DNA from: Candidatus Nanohalarchaeota archaeon | GTDB taxonomy: Archaea; Nanohalarchaeota; Nanosalinia; Nanosalinales; Nanoanaerosalinaceae | Assembly (NCBI GenBank): GCA_022729255.1 | Contig: JALDAG010000001.1 | Location: 2,391-66,390 of the forward strand | Reading direction: 5' to 3' | Length of the DNA stretch: 64,000 nt | Part shown: in pieces, positions 46,376-56,065 of the stretch | How the letters are laid out: every line of letters begins with the position of its first letter | How positions within the stretch are numbered: position 1 is the stretch's first letter | Notes under the pieces: model-generated | What the model was told of the DNA's origin: nothing | Databases searched by the model: none | Seen by the model: the letters and a program-made list of their open reading frames with translations, nothing else | Position numbers and translations under genes: made by a program

Positions 46376-46493
46376 TTGCTGACGGCCAGAGCGAGGGGGC
46401 AACACCCGTACCCATCTCGAACACGGAAGTAAAGTCCCTCAGCGATCAGGTAAGTACTGCCTAATCGGCGGAAAAATCTGGACGCTGTCAGCC
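46376..46493 (+). rRNA. 5S rRNA (orphan; no 16S/23S in the window)
   Basis: '...CCCGTACCCATCTCGAACACGGAAGTAAAGTCCCTCAGCG...' matches the conserved 5S loop B/helix III core. The terminal helix GCTGACGGC/GCTGTCAGC has 9 bp with one G:U. Ends are accurate to within a few nt. Confidence 0.85.
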
Positions 46494-46537
46494 TATTTTT
46501 ACCCCTTATTCTAAGTATATAATCAAGAAAAAATGGT

Positions 46538-47485
46538 TTATACCTTGTCGATCGCTATCTCCCCAAAACCGTGGTCTTCAGGATTGTCATTAAATTCTTC
46601 ATAAGAAGGTATAACCAGACCTATATTTTTCTTTATCCAGTGTCTCTGAGAGTTATAACAAATGATATTGTTCGAAAGCTGTTTCATTATCTCATCGTAT
46701 GCTCTTTGTTTTTTGAATTGAGTTGTTAAATCTCCCTTTATCTCTATACTTCCCGTATCTTCTTCTAAACTTCCCTCTACTACTTTCTCAACATGATCGG
46801 CGAGTCCATAAGCAACTGAAATTGTCTTGAAATTGTTTTTTTCTCTTCCAGTTTCAATTATTTTATCGTAAACATTTTCGAAGCGTTCTTCGAATTCCGG
46901 TGCTTTCTCCCTCGGTTCATACAGAAGATCGGTTAGGAAAAAATAGCTTCTATCTGAATTCAAAAAACTTTCACACGTCTTTTCAACCGCATCGAGGTAT
47001 TTATCACGCCACAAAATATCATCTTCAAGGCTGTTACCTTCAAGCAATTTTACAGCTGAAGCATAGACATCAGGGTTCTCGGTTTTTTCCCCTATATCCA
47101 TCAAACTTTCATAGGCATTGTATAAATCAGAAAAATCCGATCCATCTTTTATTTCCGTTATATCTATAAATTTTCTAAGGAACAACGCCCCGTAGGGATT
47201 TAATCTCTTCATCTCCTCATATTTTTCCTTGTAGCTACTCTCTCTTTTCTCTCCATTTGTAAAAACTATCTCCATCTCCCGGTTTAAGCTCTCTATTTCT
47301 TCTCCATACTGTTTCATCAGGGCTTCTGTAGAAAAAATTTTGGTTATCAAATCGTTTCTAACTGGTTTTTCAAAGGTTTTTTCCATATCAATTCCTCTTT
47401 TTATGTGACTGTCCGAAAAATCCCCAGAAACAGTTAACTTTTTAAAGTAGCTTGACCTTAATATTAAGTTAACTTCTGGGTTCAT
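46538..47485 (-). CDS. Hypothetical protein
   Basis: 315-aa ORF, acidic and helical, with no recognisable motif. Confidence 0.5.
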   Translation of the reverse strand: MNPEVNLILRSSYFKKLTVSGDFSDSHIKRGIDMEKTFEKPVRNDLITKIFSTEALMKQYGEEIESLNREMEIVFTNGEKRESSYKEKYEEMKRLNPYGALFLRKFIDITEIKDGSDFSDLYNAYESLMDIGEKTENPDVYASAVKLLEGNSLEDDILWRDKYLDAVEKTCESFLNSDRSYFFLTDLLYEPREKAPEFEERFENVYDKIIETGREKNNFKTISVAYGLADHVEKVVEGSLEEDTGSIEIKGDLTTQFKKQRAYDEIMKQLSNNIICYNSQRHWIKKNIGLVIPSYEEFNDNPEDHGFGEIAIDKV

Positions 47486-47798
47486 AAGGATTTCTTAGAG
47501 GGTTACACCACAACCCTCTAACTAATACCCATCCGATTCTTATAAATTTATCGTAAACTTCTTAATAATCTTTTTAACAAATGTAAATCTTTTTTTGTAA
47601 ATTATTTTAATCCTTCATCTTAAGGATTAGACCATCTTAATAATATTTTGTGATAAAGTTTAGGTATGGATGAAGAAGAAAATGATAAGGATAAAGATCC
47701 TGCGGAATCCATAAGAGATATTATAAAAAAATATTATGAAGGTATAAAGAAACGGGAGGAAGAAGGAGTCGGGGCCGACTGAAGCATAGGTGAAAAAA

Positions 47799-49058
47799 AT
47801 GGATAAAGATCTTGGGAACAACAGTATGGAAACTTTGTGTAAAACATGTTCTGTACAGCTGGAAAAAATAAAAAACGGTGGACGATTTATAGATAATAAA
47901 GAAATTTTAAAAACTCCTAAGAAGGTTTTCACAGCCAATATACCTTTAAGAATGGATGATGGAACCGTTGAGATAATCCCCGCATTTAGGATACAGTACA
48001 ATGATGCGAGAGGACCTACCAAGGGAGGAATAAGATTTCACAAAAATGTTTCACAGGAAGAAGTGAAAAAACTGGCTTTCCTCATGACCATCAAATCATC
48101 AGTTGTGGACATACCTTTCGGAGGAGGAAAAGGAGGAGTAAAGATAGATCCCTCAAAATTATCGGAATCAGAGAAAGAAAGACTTTCCAGGGAATACATA
48201 AGGCATTTCCACAGATTCATAGGTCCTGAACAAGACATACCCGCACCCGATGTGAATACAAATGAGAAGATCATGGGGTGGATGACAGATGAGTACGAGA
48301 AAATAAAGGGCAAGAAACTACCGGGAATCATAACAGGTAAACCACTTTCCCTTGGAGGAAGTAAGGGAAGAAGCTATGCAACAAGCCTTGGAGGAGCTAT
48401 AATCCTTGAAGAATACTTGAAAGAGAAAGATATCGGCAGGGTGGAAGTAGCTATACAGGGATTCGGCAATGTTGGTTCAAACCTGGCAAAGATACTCCAC
48501 GAAAGAGGTCACAAGGTGGTTGCGGTCAGTGATGCAGAAGGAGGTATCCTAGATACCAACGGCATTGACATCTTAGATCTTTTCAAAAAATATGAGAAAG
48601 ATGGCGACCTTAAAAATATGGAGGGAAGTATAGAAGAAATATCCAACAAAAAATTGCTGGAGCTGGATGTTGATGTTCTGGTGCCTGCTGCCATAGAGGA
48701 TCAGATACATGAGGAAAACGTTGACGATGTAAAGGCTGATATAATACTTGAAATGGCTAATAGCCCTATAACAACTGAGGCAGACAAGGTATTGGAGAAA
48801 AGCGACAAAGTTGTTATACCGGACATATTAGCTAATGCTGGTGGTGTCACTGTATCCTACTTCGAATGGCTGCAGAACATATCACACGAGTACTGGACAG
48901 AAGAAAGAGTTAACAAAAAACTTGAGGACTACATGGTGAGAGCTTTTAAGGATGTCTTGGAGATTAGTAAGAAAGAAGGATGTGGATTCAGAGAAGCTGC
49001 TTACATATTAGGGATCAGAAAAGTTCTTGAAGCAGAAAAGTCAAGAGGGAACCTCTGA
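47799..49058 (+). CDS. gdhA: Glutamate dehydrogenase
   Basis: 'ARGPTKGGIRFH', 'PFGGGKGG', 'DIPAPDVNT' and 'GFGNVGS'. The ATG at 47799 lies inside the GTG-initiated track ORF (47790). Confidence 0.9.
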   Translation: MDKDLGNNSMETLCKTCSVQLEKIKNGGRFIDNKEILKTPKKVFTANIPLRMDDGTVEIIPAFRIQYNDARGPTKGGIRFHKNVSQEEVKKLAFLMTIKSSVVDIPFGGGKGGVKIDPSKLSESEKERLSREYIRHFHRFIGPEQDIPAPDVNTNEKIMGWMTDEYEKIKGKKLPGIITGKPLSLGGSKGRSYATSLGGAIILEEYLKEKDIGRVEVAIQGFGNVGSNLAKILHERGHKVVAVSDAEGGILDTNGIDILDLFKKYEKDGDLKNMEGSIEEISNKKLLELDVDVLVPAAIEDQIHEENVDDVKADIILEMANSPITTEADKVLEKSDKVVIPDILANAGGVTVSYFEWLQNISHEYWTEERVNKKLEDYMVRAFKDVLEISKKEGCGFREAAYILGIRKVLEAEKSRGNL

Positions 49059-49074
49059 GAAAGGGTTTCTTTTT
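49058..49074 (+). terminator. Short hairpin plus T-run after gdhA
   Basis: AGAAA-GGG-TTTCT is followed by TTTT, starting at the last base of the stop codon. Confidence 0.3.
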
Positions 49075-49214
49075 ATTGTTCTTGGACCATCCACCATTTA
49101 TAAAAAAGATTTCTTCCCGTTTTATACCGGGACACAAGTATCAACACGGCATAGTTTAAAACAGTTGTGTTTCAATTAATAAAACATAAAACCTTTTTTA
49201 ACAGGTGCTTACAG

Positions 49215-51407
49215 ATGGCAGACGAAGAAACAAAGAAAATAATGGAGATCATTGGAAATCCTGAACAAATCAGGAACATTGGAATAGTGGCGCATATAGA
49301 CCACGGAAAAACAACTTTATCAGACAACTTGCTTGCAAGGGCCGGAATGATTTCGGATCAACTTGCTGGTTCTCAACTTTTCATGGACTATGATGACCAA
49401 GAACAAGAGAGAGGAATAACTATATACTCCGCAAACGTTTCGATGGTTCACGAGTTCAAGGACGATAAATTTTTGATAAACCTGATAGATACACCGGGGC
49501 ACGTTGACTTTGGAGGCGACGTTACCAGAGCTATGAGAGCAGTTGACGGAGCAATGGTAGTTGTTGATGCAGTTGACGGTGTGATGCCTCAGACTGAAAC
49601 AGTTTTAGAACAAGCATTGAAGGAAAGAGTCAAACCGATACTTTTCATAAACAAGGTTGACAGACTGATCAAAGAACTTGAGCTTACAGGGCAGGAGATG
49701 CAGGAAAGATTCCAGAAGATAATCGCAGAGGTCAACAGATTGATAAGGAAGATGTGCCCTGAAGAATTTAAGGATGAATGGCAGGTAAATGTAAAAGAAG
49801 GATCTGTTGCTTTCGGTTCAGCACTTCTCAACTGGGCTATTTCCATCCCATACATGAAAGAGACAGGTATCAATTTCAACGATATCGTAGAGCATGTGAA
49901 CAATGATGAGGATAAAGAACTTGCTAGTAAAGCACCTATAGAAGAAGTAACTCTAAACATGGTTATCAAACACCTTGTAAATCCTAAAGACGCACAGAGA
50001 TACAGGATTCCCGCTATATGGAACGGGGATATGGAGTCAGAGTACGGCAAGTCCATGTCAACTTGTAACAGTGAAGGACCTTTCGTTGGCGTTGTAACAA
50101 ACGTCGAGACAGACAAGCACGCTGGAACCATCTGTACGGTTAGGATGTTTTCTGGAAAGGTCAATGAAGGAGAAGAAATCTTTGGTGTAGGATCAAGACA
50201 GGATCAAAGGGTTCAGAAGGTAGGTATCTACTCAGGACCAAGAAAACTGCCTGTTAACTCCGTACCAGCAGGTAACATCGCTGCGCTTACCGGCGTGGAC
50301 TACTCAACCGGAGAAACTATAGTTGAGAAAGGATACGATATACAGCCTTTTGAACAGATAGAGCACGTTTTCGAACCCGTTGTAACAAAGTCCATTGAGC
50401 CAAAAAGAACTTCAGATCTTCCTGATCTTATTGAAGCTCTAAGAAACAGAGCTAAAGAGGACAACACAATCGCTATTTCAATAGATGAGGAAACAGGAGA
50501 AACTCTTGTATCAGGTCTTGGAGAACTCCACATCGAAGCAAAGATAGAGAGGTATTTGAAGGAACAAGGCATAGATATACAGGTTTCAGAACCTATCGTT
50601 GTTTACAGGGAATCAATAGAAGGCAAATCAGAAGAATTCATGGGTAAATCTCCGAACAGACACAACAAGTTTTTCATGTCTGTAGAACCTGTACCTCAAA
50701 AAGCATATGAGAAGATAATGGCAGGGGAGGTTCCAGAAGGAAAAGTAAGAGATCAGGACGAACAGAAAGTCAGGGATGTCCTCATGGAAGCAGGAGTCGA
50801 CAAAGAAGATGCCAGCAAGGTCCACAATGTCTACAAAGGAAACCTTTTCGTCGACCGGACAAGAGGTGTAAAATTCCTCAATGATGTCATGGAATTAGTC
50901 GTAAAGGCTTTCCAAAACATGTGTGACGAAGGACCTCTCGCAGCAGAACCATCCGTTAAGCTGATGGTTAAGATACACGATGCATCGATTCACGAGGATC
51001 ACGTTCACAGGGGACCTGCACAAGTCATACCAGCTGTTAGAGAAGCGATCACAAGAGCTATGCTTGATGCTGATGCAACGATACTCGAACCAAAACAGAT
51101 CATCAGGATAGATTCTCCCTCTGACAAAATGGGTCAAGCCATGAAAGAAGTTAACAACAGAAGAGGGAAAATCATAGATATGGAAGAGGAAGAAGGATCT
51201 TCAAAAATCCAGGCAGCTCTTCCGGTCGCAGAGATGTTTGGGTTCGAAGCTTCACTGAAGTCAGCAACTCGTGGAAGAGGTTTTTACAACCTGATGGACC
51301 AGGTCTTCGAACCACTTCCAAAGAACCTGATGAAACAAACCGTCCTTGAAATCAGAAAGAGAAAAGGAATGAAAACAGAAATCCCAGGTATGGAGCAAGA
51401 ACAATAA
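49215..51407 (+). CDS. fusA: Translation elongation factor 2 (aEF-2)
   Basis: 'IRNIGIVAHIDHGKTTLSD', 'DTPGHVDF', 'NKVDR' and the diphthamide loop 'HEDHVHRGPAQV'. The ATG at 49215 ('MADEETKK') is preferred over the 49167 extension. Confidence 0.95.
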   Translation: MADEETKKIMEIIGNPEQIRNIGIVAHIDHGKTTLSDNLLARAGMISDQLAGSQLFMDYDDQEQERGITIYSANVSMVHEFKDDKFLINLIDTPGHVDFGGDVTRAMRAVDGAMVVVDAVDGVMPQTETVLEQALKERVKPILFINKVDRLIKELELTGQEMQERFQKIIAEVNRLIRKMCPEEFKDEWQVNVKEGSVAFGSALLNWAISIPYMKETGINFNDIVEHVNNDEDKELASKAPIEEVTLNMVIKHLVNPKDAQRYRIPAIWNGDMESEYGKSMSTCNSEGPFVGVVTNVETDKHAGTICTVRMFSGKVNEGEEIFGVGSRQDQRVQKVGIYSGPRKLPVNSVPAGNIAALTGVDYSTGETIVEKGYDIQPFEQIEHVFEPVVTKSIEPKRTSDLPDLIEALRNRAKEDNTIAISIDEETGETLVSGLGELHIEAKIERYLKEQGIDIQVSEPIVVYRESIEGKSEEFMGKSPNRHNKFFMSVEPVPQKAYEKIMAGEVPEGKVRDQDEQKVRDVLMEAGVDKEDASKVHNVYKGNLFVDRTRGVKFLNDVMELVVKAFQNMCDEGPLAAEPSVKLMVKIHDASIHEDHVHRGPAQVIPAVREAITRAMLDADATILEPKQIIRIDSPSDKMGQAMKEVNNRRGKIIDMEEEEGSSKIQAALPVAEMFGFEASLKSATRGRGFYNLMDQVFEPLPKNLMKQTVLEIRKRKGMKTEIPGMEQEQ

Positions 51408-51441
51408 ATTTTTTAAAAACCATTTTGGAAGGTTTATAACA

Positions 51442-51468
51442 GGTTTAAAAGCCTGTAAACCTTTTTTT
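51442..51468 (+). terminator. Hairpin plus T7 tract downstream of aEF-2
   Basis: GGTTTA-aaagcctg-TAAACC is followed directly by TTTTTTT (51462..51468). Confidence 0.35.
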
Positions 51469-51550
51469 ATATCCTTCCAGAACCGGTTATATTTATAAAG
51501 TTTTTTTTGGAAAAAGGGTTTAGACGTATTAATGCTAAAAGGTGAATACT

Positions 51551-52837
51551 ATGGCAGAAAAGAAACCACACATAAATCTCGTATCAATCGGGCACGTTGA
51601 CCACGGAAAATCTACCATGATCGGTAGACTTCTATGGGATACCGATAACCTGCCCGAATCTGAGAAGAGAAAGCTAAAAGACGCTGCAAAAGAAGCAGGA
51701 AAAGAAACATTCGAATTCGCATTTGCGATGGACAACTTAAAAGAAGAAAGAGAAAGAGGAGTTACAATCGATCTAAGACATCAGAGATTCGACTCTGAGA
51801 ACTATTATTTCACTATGATCGACGCTCCTGGTCACAGAGACTTTATCAAAAACATGATAACAGGAGCTGCTCAGGCAGACGCAGGAATACTTGTAGTAGC
51901 TGCGGACGACGGGGTTCAGCCTCAGACAAAAGAGCACTCCTATCTGGCAAAAACATTGGGAATAAAACAGCTTGTAGTAGCTGTAAACAAGATGGATATC
52001 CCTAACTACTCCGAAGAAAGATATAAAGAGGTTAAAAAAGAAGTATCACAGCTTTTGAAAGGAGTAGGCTTCCCAGTGAAGAAGATAAAGTTCATCCCTA
52101 TTTCGGCTTACCAGGGTGACAACGTGGTGGAGAAATCCGACAACCTTGACTGGTACGATGGACCTTCACTGCTTGAAGCACTTGACGATTTTGAAGCTCC
52201 TGAAAAACCTGTTGACCTACCTCTAAGAGTTCCTATCCAGGACGCCTACAAGATCAAAGGTGTGGGTACAGTTCCTGTAGGAAGAGTTGAGACAGGACAA
52301 CTAAAAACAGGAATGGATGTTAAGTTCGAACCAGCTTCAACCAGGCTTAACAAGAACGTTGGTGGAGAAGTCAAGACTATCGAGATGCACCACGAAGAAG
52401 TTGAAGAAGCAAACCCAGGAGACAACATTGGTTTCAACGTTAGAGGCGTTGGAAAAGACGATGTAAAAAGAGGAGACGTCGCAGGTACACCTGATAATCC
52501 TCCAACAGTTGCCGAGAAATTCAAGGCACAGATCATCGTATTGAGCCACCCTAACGTGATAACAGAAGGATACACTCCAGTATTCCACGTTAACACGGCA
52601 CAGGTCGCATGTACATTCACAGATCTGATTAAGACCCAGAATCCAAAGACAGGAGAGCTGAAGGAAGAGAACCCTGATTACATTAAAGAAGGTGAATCAG
52701 CTATAGTAGAACTGAGACCGCAAAGCCCTATGGTCATAGAGACCAAGGACGATGTTCCACAGCTTTCAAGGTTTGCAATCAGAGACATGGGACAGACAGT
52801 TGGTGCAGGACTCTGTATCGAAGTAGAGGAGAAGTAA
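51551..52837 (+). CDS. tuf: Translation elongation factor 1-alpha (aEF-1alpha)
   Basis: '[15 protein letters not shown]', 'DAPGHRDF' and 'NKMD'. SD 'AGGTGA' lies before the ATG at 51551 ('MAEKKPH'). Confidence 0.95.
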   Translation: MAEKKPHINLVSIGHVDHGKSTMIGRLLWDTDNLPESEKRKLKDAAKEAGKETFEFAFAMDNLKEERERGVTIDLRHQRFDSENYYFTMIDAPGHRDFIKNMITGAAQADAGILVVAADDGVQPQTKEHSYLAKTLGIKQLVVAVNKMDIPNYSEERYKEVKKEVSQLLKGVGFPVKKIKFIPISAYQGDNVVEKSDNLDWYDGPSLLEALDDFEAPEKPVDLPLRVPIQDAYKIKGVGTVPVGRVETGQLKTGMDVKFEPASTRLNKNVGGEVKTIEMHHEEVEEANPGDNIGFNVRGVGKDDVKRGDVAGTPDNPPTVAEKFKAQIIVLSHPNVITEGYTPVFHVNTAQVACTFTDLIKTQNPKTGELKEENPDYIKEGESAIVELRPQSPMVIETKDDVPQLSRFAIRDMGQTVGAGLCIEVEEK

Positions 52838-52913
52838 GATCTCTCCTCCTTTTTGAATTATTTTTTCTTTACATCAAAAATTTTAATATCGTAGACATTC
52901 AATTAATTTAACA

Positions 52914-53951
52914 ATGAAAGAACTGGAGATCTTAATTGATAGGGAGAAAGGACGTCTTTTCTACAAAAATGTTTCATCAATCATATCTGAACAAAACGAT
53001 ATTCCGAATATACATCAGAGTCTGAGGAACAAGATAGGTCCAACAGCAGACCGCCTTTTCCACAAACTTTTCAAAAACATGATAAAAAAATACGGATTTC
53101 TTTACGAAGGCAGAGACGAAACTGAAGAAGATATAAGAAAAATGCTTCAAGAAATTTCCTACCTCGGTTACGGCAAACTGATGTTATCAGAATACAACGA
53201 AAAGATACTGATAAACGTTGAGAACTCTTTTGATCGATCATTCAATAAGAGATACGAAACAAGAACTATAATAGGTATACTTGAAGGCGCATTCGAAGAA
53301 TTACTGGGTAAAAAATGTTCCTGTGAACACGTGAGCTGTGAAAACGAAAAAAGCTGTGATTACGAGATAGAGATATCCGAAGAACCTGTAGAAAAGGAAA
53401 ACAATGAATCCAGTTATGGAGACTATACTAGTGTTAAAGACTTAGAAACCAGGCATCTAAGGTACAGAGATGGAGAGCTCTGGTACAAGGACACTAGAAA
53501 CATCATTTTACATGTTGATTTTATAAGCAACACCATAGAAGAACTTGGTAACCTCTTAGGTAGAGGCGCAAGAGGAATATTTTATGAAGCAAGTAAATAC
53601 GCAGCCATCAAAAGAATAAACAGTATAAAGAAATATAGGTTACTCACAACATTCAGTTTTCTATTTAGACCGTTGATCAAGAAAAACATGGAGGAAGAGT
53701 ACCTAATGAGAGGTTTTGGTAATCCCGAAGTTGAAGTTAAAAGCGATAAAATAATTCTTGATCTCGAGAACTGCCACAACTGTCACGGAATTGAATCGGA
53801 TTCAGCCATATGTTATGATATACAGGGACAAGTTGCAGGTGTTGCAGAGTCGATGATGGGCTCAAAAGTTATCTGTGAGGAAGAAAAATGTATTGCAAAA
53901 GGTGACGATTTTTGTAGATATGTCGCAAAGAAAAGAAACAGCAAATTATAA
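52914..53951 (+). CDS. Cys-rich protein with two V4R-like (4-vinyl-reductase-type) modules
   Basis: 345 aa. The first half ends 'GILEGAFEELLGKKCSCEHVSCENEKSCDYEIEI'. The C-terminus 'GQVAGVAESMMGSKVICEEEKCIAKGDDFCRYV' shows the V4R 'E..C.A.G...C.F/Y' signature. Confidence 0.6.
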   Translation: MKELEILIDREKGRLFYKNVSSIISEQNDIPNIHQSLRNKIGPTADRLFHKLFKNMIKKYGFLYEGRDETEEDIRKMLQEISYLGYGKLMLSEYNEKILINVENSFDRSFNKRYETRTIIGILEGAFEELLGKKCSCEHVSCENEKSCDYEIEISEEPVEKENNESSYGDYTSVKDLETRHLRYRDGELWYKDTRNIILHVDFISNTIEELGNLLGRGARGIFYEASKYAAIKRINSIKKYRLLTTFSFLFRPLIKKNMEEEYLMRGFGNPEVEVKSDKIILDLENCHNCHGIESDSAICYDIQGQVAGVAESMMGSKVICEEEKCIAKGDDFCRYVAKKRNSKL

Positions 53952-54027
53952 TTCATTTTAATCTCAAAAAAATTGATTAAAACAGCTCTGAAAAAATAAA
54001 AAAATTGATCCGTTTTTTAACGGATAA

Positions 54028-54321
54028 CTACATTTTCTCTCTCAAGATTTCAGGCATGTCTAAATCATTAAAATCTCTTTTTTCGAGTTCTCTTGCAATC
54101 ATAGTAACACTTAAGCTTCCTATAGAATCCGCAAAAGAATACACAACATTTTCAAGAGCTTTCTTTCCATCTATGTTTACTTCTAAAACATTCCCGTCTT
54201 CATCAATTTTAATTCCTTCTGATCTCTTAGCTAGTTTTATGGCTGTTTTCTTACCAAGTATATCCTTTTCCCTCTCAATTGCGATTTCTATAGCTTCTTT
54301 GTATCCTTCCATAATCAACAC
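54028..54321 (-). CDS. Small hypothetical protein co-oriented with the V4R gene
   Basis: 97 aa with a 1-nt gap from the upstream V4R gene stop. No recognised motif. Confidence 0.45.
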   Translation of the reverse strand: MLIMEGYKEAIEIAIEREKDILGKKTAIKLAKRSEGIKIDEDGNVLEVNIDGKKALENVVYSFADSIGSLSVTMIARELEKRDFNDLDMPEILREKM

Positions 54322-54322
54322 C

Positions 54323-54916
54323 TCAGAAAATATCCTGATCCATCAACCAAGAATCACCTGGTTTGTCGCCAACGAAAAACCTGACTTTACAGAATTCTTC
54401 GCCCTTAGCTATACACATCAATTCTTCAGCCTGAATCGGTGCTCCTAGAATACTGTGTGCTGCTCCTGATGCGAAACCTCTCAAAAAATCGCATACAGGT
54501 TTATCTGATCTAATTTCTCCATGTTTTTCAAGAGACCATTCAGCTTCCGGGGAATAATCAACCCTTACAACAATGTTTTTAGGTGGTTCATACCTCAAAA
54601 CTTCGAATCTGCCATAACCGATCTGCTCTAAAATTTCTAATGCTTTAAGAAGCGTTTCTTTCTTACTCTCTTGTTCTGGTATCTTTTCAGCGGTTTCCCT
54701 CCCGGATTTGTACGCCTCCAGGAAAAACTTTCTTTTTCCGATGACTTCTGCAGCTTTGTCTGTTATCTCGTCGAACTGTTTTATAAAATCGATGTAGTTT
54801 TCTTTGATACTGGGAAGAAATGAAGCCGGTACAACAAGTAATCTTTCATCTCCAATATGTATCAATCCTTTATCCTCATCAAAATCAGCTAATTCTTCTA
54901 TTATCCATTCTGTCAT
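54323..54916 (-). CDS. V4R-domain protein (predicted small-molecule binding)
   Basis: 197 aa. 'CDFLRGFASGAAHSILGAPIQAEELMCIAKGEEFCKVRF' is a classic V4R C-terminus. Confidence 0.65.
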   Translation of the reverse strand: MTEWIIEELADFDEDKGLIHIGDERLLVVPASFLPSIKENYIDFIKQFDEITDKAAEVIGKRKFFLEAYKSGRETAEKIPEQESKKETLLKALEILEQIGYGRFEVLRYEPPKNIVVRVDYSPEAEWSLEKHGEIRSDKPVCDFLRGFASGAAHSILGAPIQAEELMCIAKGEEFCKVRFFVGDKPGDSWLMDQDIF

Positions 54917-55090
54917 AAAACCACCTGTATATCATTATTTGATATATCAGTATTAATAAAAGGATAGTTATTACATTCGCATAACAAATAAAAGATTCGG
55001 TTTTTGTTTTCGTTTTATGGGTTTTTATAAAGAGAAAGATTTTGTAGAGGTATGATAAATTTGTAGAACCTTACAACTTTAAAAAAAGAA

Positions 55091-56065
55091 GTGGATAAAA
55101 ATCAAAAATCGGTGATAAAAATACAAGAAAAATTGCAGAGTATCTACAAAGATGTTATCGCTTATCCCAAACACAATGTGATAGAGATGAAAGACATGGG
55201 ATATACTGAGCATTCGGTGATAGAAAATACTGTTTTGAGAAAAAAGATGCGTGAAGCAGAAGTCATAAGAGAGCATAGTTCAGATATAGACTCACTGGAA
55301 ACTGTTGATTTAACACCCGGAAAAAACGTTGTAAAACCTTTTTATGGTGGGACAGTTAACATAACCTTTAATAAGGACAGGGAAAATTCAAAGCTTATTT
55401 TATCTAGAGAACTTCTTAGGAACAGACTTGACATATTTTCAGGGGATGGGATAGAGGAAAACAGCTGGGAGACTTCAATGTTGATAAACGGGAACCACCA
55501 GTTATTCTACAAAAAGAAAGACAACACTATATACATTCCTGAATACCTTTTTGAAGGAAGCGAAGTAAACAAGAAAATAGAGAGATATATCAGAGAAACT
55601 GTTGAAAAAAACCATCTTGATATCGATTTTTTAGATACCTCCGAGGTAACCTACAAAAAGAATGATAGCATCATAACTTCTCCGAATAATTCATGGATTA
55701 TAAGATACCAGTTAGAAGATGGAAGATACGAATATATTAAAGCTGGTGTGTCACCTTTACCCGAAAAATCGGTGATTGAAACGTTTAAATACAGCTTTAA
55801 AGAGAAACCATTATTTACTTATCCTATAGACATACGGAATTTAGGGCAGCACGAGCCAAAAGGGATTACAGAGATAAACCTGGGCAAACCGATTATTAAA
55901 AATTATGTTCGAGGAGAAATAATAGATGTTATCGTTGGAAAAAATTATAACGAATTTATGGATTACGAAGTCTCTGAAACTGTGCTTAAAGCTGTTTCAA
56001 AGGAAAATAAAAACTTTGGAGATGACATCAACTTCAGATTTTTGAGAAAGGAGAGTAATAAGTGA
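55091..56065 (+). CDS. Uncharacterised protein, paralog A of a tandem pair upstream of cheY (CheF/DUF439-like? unverified)
   Basis: 324 aa with a GTG start. It shares blocks with paralog B: 'IY.DV.AYP..N', 'DLTPG', 'GG..NI.F', 'KL.L', 'W E.S...NGN.Q', 'SPNNSW.IRY' and 'N.NFG.DIN'. Confidence 0.55.
   Translation: MDKNQKSVIKIQEKLQSIYKDVIAYPKHNVIEMKDMGYTEHSVIENTVLRKKMREAEVIREHSSDIDSLETVDLTPGKNVVKPFYGGTVNITFNKDRENSKLILSRELLRNRLDIFSGDGIEENSWETSMLINGNHQLFYKKKDNTIYIPEYLFEGSEVNKKIERYIRETVEKNHLDIDFLDTSEVTYKKNDSIITSPNNSWIIRYQLEDGRYEYIKAGVSPLPEKSVIETFKYSFKEKPLFTYPIDIRNLGQHEPKGITEINLGKPIIKNYVRGEIIDVIVGKNYNEFMDYEVSETVLKAVSKENKNFGDDINFRFLRKESNK

Noticed and set aside
47666-47782. 38-aa acidic ORF (MDEEENDKDKDPAESIRDIIKKYYEGIKKREEEGVGAD) just upstream of gdhA
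   Set aside because: It is short, has no motif and I cannot assess conservation. It could be real but is unsupported from sequence alone.
47660-48022. 120-aa minus-strand ORF overlapping the gdhA 5' end
   Set aside because: It is antisense to the conserved GDH N-terminus and its product is hydrophobic low-complexity sequence, so it is most likely spurious.
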